Origin: an uncultured archaeon
GTDB taxonomy: Archaea > Thermoplasmatota > Thermoplasmata > Thermoplasmatales > Thermoplasmataceae
DNA length: 64,000 nucleotides
Direction: 5' to 3'
NCBI GenBank assembly: GCA_000965745.1
Contig: CP009479.1
Span: 896,001 to 960,000, forward strand
In this document: positions 20,746 through 28,917 of the stretch, piece after piece
Numbering within the stretch: the first letter of the stretch is position 1
How the letters are laid out: each line of letters starts with the position of its first letter
Made by a program: the position numbers and the translations under genes
Notes under the pieces: model-generated
What the model was told of the DNA's origin: nothing
Seen by the model: the letters and a program-made list of their open reading frames with translations, nothing else
Database searches by the model: none

Positions 20746-22284
20746 TTAATCACCCAGAAGGTTCCTGATCCTTTTGTTGTCCTCAGCTGGATCGGTCTTC
20801 TTTCTTCGGTCCTCCCTGGCCTCACGGAGGAGCGAAACCAGATCAACATCCCCTCCTCCCTCTCGCGTCTTTCTTTCCCTTATCTTTGTCACGACAGGAA
20901 GTTTCACGAATTCCCCAACAAGGACTGCTTCACCGACATTAAGCGATGGAAGGTCGTCTATGACGGCCTGGCTTATGCTTTCTCCACTCTCGAGGACAGC
21001 ATTCTGGTCAAGGGGATTTGTTATCCTGAGAATTATTTCGGAATTGCACTGGCTCAGCACATCCTGGTCAATCTTTCCCGGCCTCTGTGTGATAACCACA
21101 AGGAAAATGCCGAATTTTCTGCCTTCTGAAGCTATCTTCTTGATCATGGCTGATATCTGGGTGTTCTGCTTCGGAGGGACAAAGTTGTGTGCCTCCTCAA
21201 TAAACACAAAAACTGGGTACTTGTAGTCCGATGTTGCCTTTATTTCGTAAATCTCGTTCAGGACCCGGAACGAGAAATAGTTTGCAAGGAACTGGTCCAT
21301 CCCTGAGAGGTCGAGAATGCTCATCTGTCCCGGTGCCAGATACTCTCCTATGCCAGTGGTCCTTTCCCCGAAAATTGACTTTATCTTGGACAGGAACCTG
21401 AGCCTTCCTGCAATCTTTCTCTGGTCTTCCTGCTGCAGCTTGTCCGCACTTTTTATGAAGTCATCAAGGTCCTTTCTTCCGGACATCTGCTTCATCATCT
21501 CATCAACAATTCTGTTAAGGTTCGTCCATGACTCTTTTATTCCCATTATTCCCGAGACATCTTCAGTTTCCATGTCCTGGAACCTCAATGAAAAGTCTTC
21601 GGCAAAGAAGCTTGAGGGGGAATATCTGCCAGTGCTAAGGGGAGTCCTGAATACCTTCACAGAATCCGCGAACTCCTTATCTTCCGAGCCACGCTGCATC
21701 AGCACATAGTCGGCGTGGGGGTCAAGAACTATTATCGTTGCACCCTTCTTCAGGAGCTCTTCCATCAGGACTCCTGCAGTATGGCTTTTTCCCGCGCCTG
21801 TCTGTGCCACAATTGCCAGATGCCTTCTCAGCCCGTTCACGTTTACAGCCACTCTGACATCGGATCTGTCGGCAAGGTACCCTATATGGAGGGATTCCTG
21901 CTCCCCATAACCGAAAATTCCTTCCAGAAGGCCGGTTTCCGCCCTGTACACTTCGGTTCCTGGCTTGATAAGTTCCCTGGTCAGATTCAGCCCATCACCA
22001 TTCAAGGTTCCGAGGGTTCTAGTATAGCATATTATGTTATTGTCGCCTATCTCGCTCGTCACGTATTTCGAGACACTCTCGAAATCGAGGCCCGTATTCA
22101 GCAGCTCGCTCCGGGAGACGATCCTCTCAACTCTTCCTATTATCCTGTCTTTCCCGCTGTTTATGTAAACATACTCCCACTTCTTGACTTCAGCATCGGG
22201 GTTCAGCACAAACATGAACGAGTCTGACGAGTTGTCACCTACTGTAAAACCCAGGTTAGATTCTGATTCTGGCACGTCTTTCAC
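20746..22284 (-). CDS. herA: Bipolar helicase HerA
   Basis: HAS barrel, RHLAIVAQTGAGKS, DPHADY, IEEAH, EGRKFG and TQRP. Confidence 0.93.
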   Translation of the reverse strand: MKDVPESESNLGFTVGDNSSDSFMFVLNPDAEVKKWEYVYINSGKDRIIGRVERIVSRSELLNTGLDFESVSKYVTSEIGDNNIICYTRTLGTLNGDGLNLTRELIKPGTEVYRAETGLLEGIFGYGEQESLHIGYLADRSDVRVAVNVNGLRRHLAIVAQTGAGKSHTAGVLMEELLKKGATIIVLDPHADYVLMQRGSEDKEFADSVKVFRTPLSTGRYSPSSFFAEDFSLRFQDMETEDVSGIMGIKESWTNLNRIVDEMMKQMSGRKDLDDFIKSADKLQQEDQRKIAGRLRFLSKIKSIFGERTTGIGEYLAPGQMSILDLSGMDQFLANYFSFRVLNEIYEIKATSDYKYPVFVFIEEAHNFVPPKQNTQISAMIKKIASEGRKFGIFLVVITQRPGKIDQDVLSQCNSEIILRITNPLDQNAVLESGESISQAVIDDLPSLNVGEAVLVGEFVKLPVVTKIRERKTREGGGDVDLVSLLREAREDRRKKTDPAEDNKRIRNLLGD

Positions 22285-23350
22285 CTCTTGTCTCGTAAAA
22301 CGGGACTCCTACAACACTTTCGAATGTTCTCATGTATAACCCTTCAATTTCTTTCTGCCTGAACTTGACGTCCCTGTCCACGTCAGCAAGCCAGATATTG
22401 TGGGTTTTCAGGCCACCATATCCCCAGAAGATCATCTCCATAATATCGCCGTCCAGGTCGTATGCTGCAGTCCTGGCATCAGCGGAATCCTGTGCTTCAG
22501 GCAGTACAAGGTCAACCTTGATGGGCAGATCATTATGATCAGGCAGGGCATGTAGGGTTACTACATTAAGCCTTGACTGGCCAAGCTCATTCCTGTCAGC
22601 CGGGAATGACACCTTCAGAGGCACGGTGTAGCCACTTGCTTTGGCGAACGATTTGATAAGAAGATGATCGGTTCTCCTGTACTCACGCTCGCTTTTGATC
22701 ATATCTTCGGTGTGCACACTCCTGTCCAGGTTATCAAGCAGGTAATTCCTGAAAAGCAAACTTTCCGAGCTTTTTGCTACGAATGCCATCGGTATCCCGT
22801 TCTCTATGCAGTACCGGAGCAGTGCGTAGAGTTCCCTGAAGTAAATTTCGATGAAGTTTTCATAGTTTTCAGCATCTATCCTGTTTCTCTTATGCCTGAG
22901 CCTTCCAGCCAGAGATCCATCCATGAGGACATAATCGGGCTTCTCCTCCTTCAGGAGATTGAGTGTTGCAACATGTTCTGTGTGCTCCATCAGAAGTATG
23001 GTGAAATTTCTTATTTCGTCCCTGTTCACGTCCATTACCTCGCAGATGAAATCTTTGGCAGTTCTGTTCTTTGTCTTGGCATAAGCCCTTATGAGGATCA
23101 GCTTCTTTCCGTTGTACAGTTCACGGACAAATTCGCTGCTGTCTGTGGCAGAGATCGAACCCGGATTGAACCTGCTGTCTGCTTTCTCTATGAAATTCTT
23201 GCCGAAAGCTTCATCATACAGGCGCCTGAGAGGAGAATCGCTGTCTATCAGCAATGACTCCCTTACCCTCTCCAGATTATCGTTAAGAAACTTAAGGTAG
23301 TCCTCATAGGTATCATTCATAATCAAACACTTGATGGCTGATGTTCCCAT
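22256..23350 (-). CDS. nurA: NurA nuclease (likely start near 23320)
   Basis: ATDSS, MDGSL and VAKSS acidic motifs; position in the herA-mre11-rad50 operon. Confidence 0.88.
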   Translation of the reverse strand: MGTSAIKCLIMNDTYEDYLKFLNDNLERVRESLLIDSDSPLRRLYDEAFGKNFIEKADSRFNPGSISATDSSEFVRELYNGKKLILIRAYAKTKNRTAKDFICEVMDVNRDEIRNFTILLMEHTEHVATLNLLKEEKPDYVLMDGSLAGRLRHKRNRIDAENYENFIEIYFRELYALLRYCIENGIPMAFVAKSSESLLFRNYLLDNLDRSVHTEDMIKSEREYRRTDHLLIKSFAKASGYTVPLKVSFPADRNELGQSRLNVVTLHALPDHNDLPIKVDLVLPEAQDSADARTAAYDLDGDIMEMIFWGYGGLKTHNIWLADVDRDVKFRQKEIEGLYMRTFESVVGVPFYETRGERRARIRI

Positions 23351-23394
23351 GAGATTGTGTGATTAAAAATTTTGTTGTATTGCCTGCTGAACAA

Positions 23395-24480
23395 TCAGGA
23401 AACGGATAATGGCACTATTGTGAAGCTGAGGATGAACATTACAAGCGCAGCTACACCAAGAAGGATATCCCGTGACGGAATGCCTGAATAGTCATCAAGG
23501 GCAGGGGGATGATTGAGGCCCATGAACACGACGAACATGGCAAGGAACCACCACCCGTTGTACCTGAAGCCTATGAGGAAGAGGAAAGCGACAAATATGT
23601 AGTCAACAACTGAAGCCCTTTTCCCCAGAAGCCCCCTGACAACATGCCCGCCGTCAAGCTGTCCCACAGGAATCAGATTCATCGCTGTTGCGAATATGCC
23701 AACCCAAACAGAAAACACCATTGGAAATACCGGTCCCTGAAATTCTGTTGTGAGTCCAAGGAACTGATAGAGCAATGGAAAGTTGATCACGAACGGCATG
23801 TAATTGCCCGTGGCAGGGAAGAAGCCCTGCACGTACTCCGCGACAAACAGGAGTGGAAGTGCTGTCAGGAACCCGGCAATAGGGCCTGCTGCACCGATCT
23901 CCAACATTACTTTCTTGTTTGGAATCGGATCACGCAGGGAAATGAAGGCTCCAAATGTTCCTATCCCCACCGGGAACGGGATGAAAAAGGGGAGGGACGC
24001 TTTCACCTTGTGCCTTCTGGCAACTATATAATGCCCGGTTTCATGCACTCCGAGTATCAGCATGAGTGGGGCCGAAAAGAACACGAACCCGTATATGTAT
24101 TTGAGAGCGCCTCCCCATGCACCGGGCTGGACAAAATTTGCAGCATATATTGACCCCACGTATATGGTTGAAGCCAGAGTTAGGACAAGCATCACGAGAT
24201 TAACGTAATTGCTCCTGTAGGTAGTGGCTGGCCTCCTTGACACCTCTATGAAATTTTCAACGTCCTTGACAAGAAAAGGGACATATCCTTCAGGCACAAG
24301 CTCTGTCCTCAGTTTGTCGAACTCATTTGTAAGATCTGGATTGTCGCTCAGGAAAAAGAAGAATCGGATACTCAGAGGGTTGACATCAGTCTCGTATACA
24401 TTGATGTAGGATCTTACTGTCCTGACCACCTTTTCAAGGTCTTCGCTCTGAATCCTAACAGTCCTCGAGGTATTCTCCAT
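23395..24480 (-). CDS. Site-2 (M50) intramembrane metalloprotease; true start ATG 24480
   Basis: HETGH, GTFGAFI, AGPIAG and NLIPVGQLDGGH; GGTGA RBS just before ATG 24480. The longer ORF start overlaps the ncRNA. Confidence 0.9.
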   Translation of the reverse strand: MENTSRTVRIQSEDLEKVVRTVRSYINVYETDVNPLSIRFFFFLSDNPDLTNEFDKLRTELVPEGYVPFLVKDVENFIEVSRRPATTYRSNYVNLVMLVLTLASTIYVGSIYAANFVQPGAWGGALKYIYGFVFFSAPLMLILGVHETGHYIVARRHKVKASLPFFIPFPVGIGTFGAFISLRDPIPNKKVMLEIGAAGPIAGFLTALPLLFVAEYVQGFFPATGNYMPFVINFPLLYQFLGLTTEFQGPVFPMVFSVWVGIFATAMNLIPVGQLDGGHVVRGLLGKRASVVDYIFVAFLFLIGFRYNGWWFLAMFVVFMGLNHPPALDDYSGIPSRDILLGVAALVMFILSFTIVPLSVS

Positions 24481-24494
24481 AAGGTTCACCGTTA

Positions 24495-24692
24495 AACTGT
24501 TCCCCAGGTTAACGAAGTTATTCACGTTTCGTAACTCTCTGACCCACTGGGGATTTTGTTGCCAGCCGCTGATCGAACCTACATAGCATGAACTTATCAT
24601 ACGCTCAGTCCGAGGCCCATGGCGTGGCAAATTATTGTCTCATGTCGTCATACATGTTCATCAGATCACATGTACTATTTTTTGAGACAACC
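24495..24692 (-). ncRNA. Three-hairpin box H/ACA pseudouridylation guide RNA
   Basis: Three stem-pocket-stem hairpins, each with a GA...UGA K-loop. Each is followed immediately by ATA (24635-24633), ACA (24559-24557) or ACA (24500-24498). TATA box upstream. Pocket 3 is complementary to 23S H69. Confidence 0.8.
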
Positions 24693-24710
24693 TAATAGGT
24701 AATACTCTCT

Positions 24711-24726
24711 CTTAAAGTTTTTATCT
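24711..24726 (-). promoter_or_regulatory. BRE/TATA promoter for the H/ACA RNA
   Basis: Minus strand GATAAAAAC-TTTAAG, with TTTAAG at 24716-24711, about 20-25 nt before hairpin 1. Confidence 0.6.
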
Positions 24727-24856
24727 CAAATGTGTTAAATTAACTGAAATTGCTGAGCTGCCAGTATGAATTATGCATGGTCACTCAGAACATAATATAT
24801 CAACTCTGCTCCATGAACCGCTTCTCTTCCGGCAAAAACGGCAAAAAAAGTGTGGT

Positions 24857-25840
24857 TTAATCTCTCCAGACTTTCCTTACAGAAGCTATTCTGGGAGATT
24901 CCTCGAGGCTCATCCTGGTCCTGTACGTGATCCTGCCCCTCGTGAACAGGATCTCGACTGAACCACCTATGTTCTCATTTGCCATGTATTCGATGAGTTC
25001 CTTCATCCCGTTTATGTTCTTGTCTCCCATTGCAGTAATGACATCACCGGGTTGGAGCCCAGCATAATAGGCCGGGCTGTCCTGGGAGACCCTGGCAACA
25101 AGAACTCCGCTGTCATTGCTCAGGTTGTATGCGCAGGCAACACTGGAGTTGAGCTCCATTCCAGATATTCCCAGCCAGGGCCTGATGACTCTGCCGTTCT
25201 CCAGAATATCATTCATGATCCTCTTCACTGTGTTGACGGGTATTGCGAAACCCACTCCCTGTGCAAACGGGATCATCGCGGTGTTTATTCCTATCACTTT
25301 GCCTGAAAGGTTTGCAAGAGGCCCTCCACTGTTGCCAGGGTTGATCGCTGCATCAGTCTGGATCAGCCCTTCAAAAATGAAGTCCGCCCATGGGAGGGGC
25401 CTTCCCACTGCACTTACAAGCCCAAGCGATACTGTGGGGTCTCCAGGTAGCCCCAGTGCATTTCCTATTGCAAGCGCCATTTGCCCCGGCCTGACCTTGT
25501 CTGAATCGGCGAGATCTGCAACAGGAAGGCCATGCCCCTCGATCCCGACCAAAGCTATATCTGTGGCAGGATCTGTCCCAAGAACCTCTCCAGGCCTGCT
25601 CTCCCCATTTGGAAGTACTACTTCCACATTTTCAGCCCCCTCAAGCACATGGTTATTGGTGACGATGTGCCCCTCTTGGTCAACAATAATGCCGGATGCT
25701 GAACCAATTGAAGGGGACAGACCGTACATGAAGTTGCGCGAAACCCTTGTAGTGTTGATTGTGACAACACTGTTCCTCAATCTCTCCACAGACTTCTCTA
25801 TCTCACTTTGAAATTTCTCCAGCTCGGACATTAGTTTCAC
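24857..25840 (-). CDS. HtrA/DegP-family serine protease with one PDZ domain
   Basis: TNNHV, TDIA, QTDAAINPGNSGGPL, and PDZ motifs WLGI and GDVI. Confidence 0.93.
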   Translation of the reverse strand: MKLMSELEKFQSEIEKSVERLRNSVVTINTTRVSRNFMYGLSPSIGSASGIIVDQEGHIVTNNHVLEGAENVEVVLPNGESRPGEVLGTDPATDIALVGIEGHGLPVADLADSDKVRPGQMALAIGNALGLPGDPTVSLGLVSAVGRPLPWADFIFEGLIQTDAAINPGNSGGPLANLSGKVIGINTAMIPFAQGVGFAIPVNTVKRIMNDILENGRVIRPWLGISGMELNSSVACAYNLSNDSGVLVARVSQDSPAYYAGLQPGDVITAMGDKNINGMKELIEYMANENIGGSVEILFTRGRITYRTRMSLEESPRIASVRKVWRD

Positions 25841-25885
25841 CTTTTTCCGGAACTTCTCTGTTGTGCACCTTTATTCCTGATCAGG

Positions 25886-26311
25886 TTGCACTCAGCTCCT
25901 TCGTCAGAAATAACGGACAAATTAATATATGAGGCAGTATTTGAAAGACTATCTGGTGATTGTAACATGTCAAGGTCTGCTACACTTGACCTGGTAAGGT
26001 TGGAAAAAAAGAGCTCCGAGCAGAAGATCCTTCATGTCTTCAGGACTTGGACAATTCCTGTTGTAAGAGCACTCGGAGAGAAATCACCATCCAGGTTCAA
26101 TGAACTCAAGAGAAAAATAAGGGGAGTAAGTTCAACAAGCCTTTCTGAAAGGCTTTCGAGCCTTGAAAAAGAGGGAATTCTGCAAAGAGTCGTTGTGCCA
26201 GATAACCCTCCAAGTGTTGAATATTCTCTTACTGCCAAGGGCATGGAACTCCACACAATACTCGTTGAACTGGGAGACTGGGCTGAAAAGTGGAACGAAA
26301 ACATCAGGTGA
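25886..26311 (+). CDS. HxlR family transcriptional regulator (likely start 25967)
   Basis: RFNELK, LSERL..LE and PPSVEYSLT.KG motifs. Confidence 0.9.
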   Translation: MHSAPSSEITDKLIYEAVFERLSGDCNMSRSATLDLVRLEKKSSEQKILHVFRTWTIPVVRALGEKSPSRFNELKRKIRGVSSTSLSERLSSLEKEGILQRVVVPDNPPSVEYSLTAKGMELHTILVELGDWAEKWNENIR

Positions 26312-26353
26312 AGTGTCAAATTAAAAATACACAGTTTCACTCACCTTAACTAC

Positions 26354-26426
26354 GGGCTTGTAGTCTAGCGGTCATGACGTCGCTCTCACACAGCGGAGGT
26401 CGCCGGTTCAAATCCGGCCAGGCCCA
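26354..26426 (+). tRNA. tRNA-Val(CAC)
   Basis: Acceptor stem GGGCTTG/CAGGCCC-A; anticodon arm TCGCT-CT CAC AC-AGCGG; T arm GCCGG-TTCAAAT-CCGGC. No encoded CCA and no intron. Confidence 0.96.
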
Positions 26427-26791
26427 TCTAGATTGACGTGATGCTGTAAGGTCTTTTTATTCTCACAGGCAGGGAAAGGGCGTGTACCCAACAATCCAGT
26501 ATTACCTGGAATACACTGTCCGTATGCCATCGGGTCTTTTACAAGGCATGTTCCACAATGGAACAGAGTTGGGAGGTCTGGCAGTCCTTCTTTTCAGGGA
26601 TTTTTCGAGTCTAGAAGCTTGGGGCGCTAACTGAGCTTCATCTATTGATCAATAAGCAACAGTAGATCTGGACGCACTAGTGCAAGTCATTTTCTAGGTC
26701 TGCCTAATAAATATTGAGTGAGTGTTATAAGTTACGCATTAGGTTTAAAAACATATTTGTCATTACTGTCAGTCCGTCTGGATAGATACAA

Positions 26792-27643
26792 ATGGCTGAT
26801 TACAGACATCTTGCTAAATTATTTGCAGGTCGCTGGATTCCCGGTCCCAAGGTGGAAGATGGGATGAGGTTTGCAAACTACCTGAATGGAAAGGGAATCA
26901 CTACAATCCTCAATTATCTCGGGGAAGGCTTCAAGGAGACGAAGGACATGGATCACACTTTTGAGGTGTATGATGAAATCCTAAAGGGCCTTCGGAATTC
27001 TATCAACTACCAAATCTCGATCAAGCCCACTCAGATTGGAATACCTGATTATCCCGAACTTGCCGCTTCTTATTATGACAAGCTGGTAGAAGAAGCAGGC
27101 AGGTACGGAATTTTTGTCTGGGTAGACATGGAAGAATCAAACACTGTCGATGCCACCATTGACTTGTACCTTCGCAAAATAGACAGGCCAAATACAGGCC
27201 TCTGCATACAATCTTACCTTAAGAGGAGTTTTGACGACGTCAAGAACCTCGTGGAGAAGGGAGGAAGGATCAGGCTTGTCAAGGGAGCTTACAATGAGGC
27301 CGAATCAATTGCCTACAAAGAACGGTCGGAAACTACAAAGAACTTCAGCAAGATAATGGATTATCTCTTTGAACACGAGAATTACTTTATGGTGGCTACA
27401 CACGATCTGAACCTTGTGAACGAGGCTATTGAAAAGAACAGGAAATACAACAGGAATTTCCATATTGCAATGCTTAACGGAATAAGGAACAAAGAGGTCC
27501 AGAGACTGGGTTTGCACGGGGCCAGGGTAGCACTTTATGTGCCCTTCGGCGAAGCCTGGATGAGCTATGCTGTCAGGAGACTCAAGGAAACCAGCAATTT
27601 GAGGCTTGTCATGAGATCACTCCTGCAGAGCCAGAAAATATAA
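26792..27643 (+). CDS. Monofunctional proline dehydrogenase
   Basis: YLGE, SIKPTQ, VDME, QSYLKR, RLVKGAYNE, ATHD and YAVRRLKE motifs. Confidence 0.92.
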   Translation: MADYRHLAKLFAGRWIPGPKVEDGMRFANYLNGKGITTILNYLGEGFKETKDMDHTFEVYDEILKGLRNSINYQISIKPTQIGIPDYPELAASYYDKLVEEAGRYGIFVWVDMEESNTVDATIDLYLRKIDRPNTGLCIQSYLKRSFDDVKNLVEKGGRIRLVKGAYNEAESIAYKERSETTKNFSKIMDYLFEHENYFMVATHDLNLVNEAIEKNRKYNRNFHIAMLNGIRNKEVQRLGLHGARVALYVPFGEAWMSYAVRRLKETSNLRLVMRSLLQSQKI

Positions 27644-27722
27644 TAAACAACCATCAGAAGGACAGCTATTGAGACTTGCAACATTTTTTCGGAATTCTCA
27701 ATAACAAAGATTTTAATATTGC

Positions 27723-28832
27723 TTGTTAGTAGCAATTTTTATGCTGCTAATTGAGGACAATTTCGTCCCACAGTCAATCAACATGGACAATTTAATTGAA
27801 CTGATGGAGAAAGTATTCAGGGAAGAGGCGGAAGGAAAAGCTGCAAATGCCCCAAGACTAAGATACAGGCTCCCCAAAGAGGAAAGTGAAAGAGTTTTCA
27901 TGTCAAACATCATCTGTGGTGCTTCTGAAGGGCTTGGAGTGGCCGCAGTCAGATATGATGCTACAGTGATGCATGAATACACTTACTCGGGAGGAACAAA
28001 GAGGACAGATTTCGAATATTCTGCAGGCAGGAGCTGGGGGTTCGTAATTCTTTCGAGCCTCAAGACGGGAGAACCGCTTTCAATAATACACGACTTTAGC
28101 TTATCGCCGATCAGGGTCGCTGCCACCACAGCAATCGCAATAAGAAAACTTTCCAGAACCAATTCCAAAATTGTAGGGCTATTTGGGTCAGGCAATGAGG
28201 CAAAGAGAAATATAGAAGCAATATGCAAGGTGAGAGAAGTGGATGAAGTGAGAGTATACAGCCCAAACTTGTCGCACAGGGAAAAATTCTCCAAGCAAAT
28301 GACTGAAGAAATGGGTTTACCATTTCTCCCCGTAGACAATCCGGAAAGTGTAGTCAAGGGCTCAGACATAATAATGTGTGCCACCAATTCCAGTGAACCA
28401 GTTTTCAACGGAGATTTATTGGAAGAAGGACAGACGGTTGCCACGATAGGGGCTTCGGATGTAGTCCACAAAAGAAGAGAGGCTGATGATACAACTTTTA
28501 TGAGAAGTAGAAGATTAGTCTTGAACAGTTATCAGACAGCTGTAACTAACAGACAGTCAGAGATTACAGATCTAATAGATTCAGGAAAGATTAGGCGGGA
28601 GGATGTTCATGACCTTGGCGATGTACTGATCGGAAAATCTGAAGGCAGGAAAAATGATAGAGAGATAGTATATTACAACTCAAATGCTGGGGTCGGCATA
28701 CAATTTGCAGCCACCTGCTATCAGATATTCCAGGCATGCAAGAAAAATGGAACAGGAAGGGAAATTCCAACTGAATGGTTTGGTGCAGATGTATCTGAAT
28801 GGACTGAAAAGGGATACTCACCATCCCCATAA
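27723..28832 (+). CDS. Ornithine cyclodeaminase/mu-crystallin family protein
   Basis: IRVAATT, FGSGNEA, CATNS and GVGIQF; the usual G..xD is replaced, so this member is divergent. Confidence 0.85.
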   Translation: MLVAIFMLLIEDNFVPQSINMDNLIELMEKVFREEAEGKAANAPRLRYRLPKEESERVFMSNIICGASEGLGVAAVRYDATVMHEYTYSGGTKRTDFEYSAGRSWGFVILSSLKTGEPLSIIHDFSLSPIRVAATTAIAIRKLSRTNSKIVGLFGSGNEAKRNIEAICKVREVDEVRVYSPNLSHREKFSKQMTEEMGLPFLPVDNPESVVKGSDIIMCATNSSEPVFNGDLLEEGQTVATIGASDVVHKRREADDTTFMRSRRLVLNSYQTAVTNRQSEITDLIDSGKIRREDVHDLGDVLIGKSEGRKNDREIVYYNSNAGVGIQFAATCYQIFQACKKNGTGREIPTEWFGADVSEWTEKGYSPSP

Positions 28833-28917
28833 TCATTCACAGGAGAATCTGCATGTATGTAAAAACAAATATCCTGATCTTTATATCAGGAAAAAGGTAT
28901 GAATTGAAGAGCATAGC

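Noticed and set aside
20746-23350. HerA/NurA as an anti-phage defence module
   Set aside because: The context is the canonical mre11-rad50 repair operon, with no Sir2 or DUF4297 partner.
24481-24630. 50 aa N-terminal extension of the site-2 protease
   Set aside because: It overlaps hairpins 2-3 of the H/ACA RNA, and a good RBS precedes ATG 24480.
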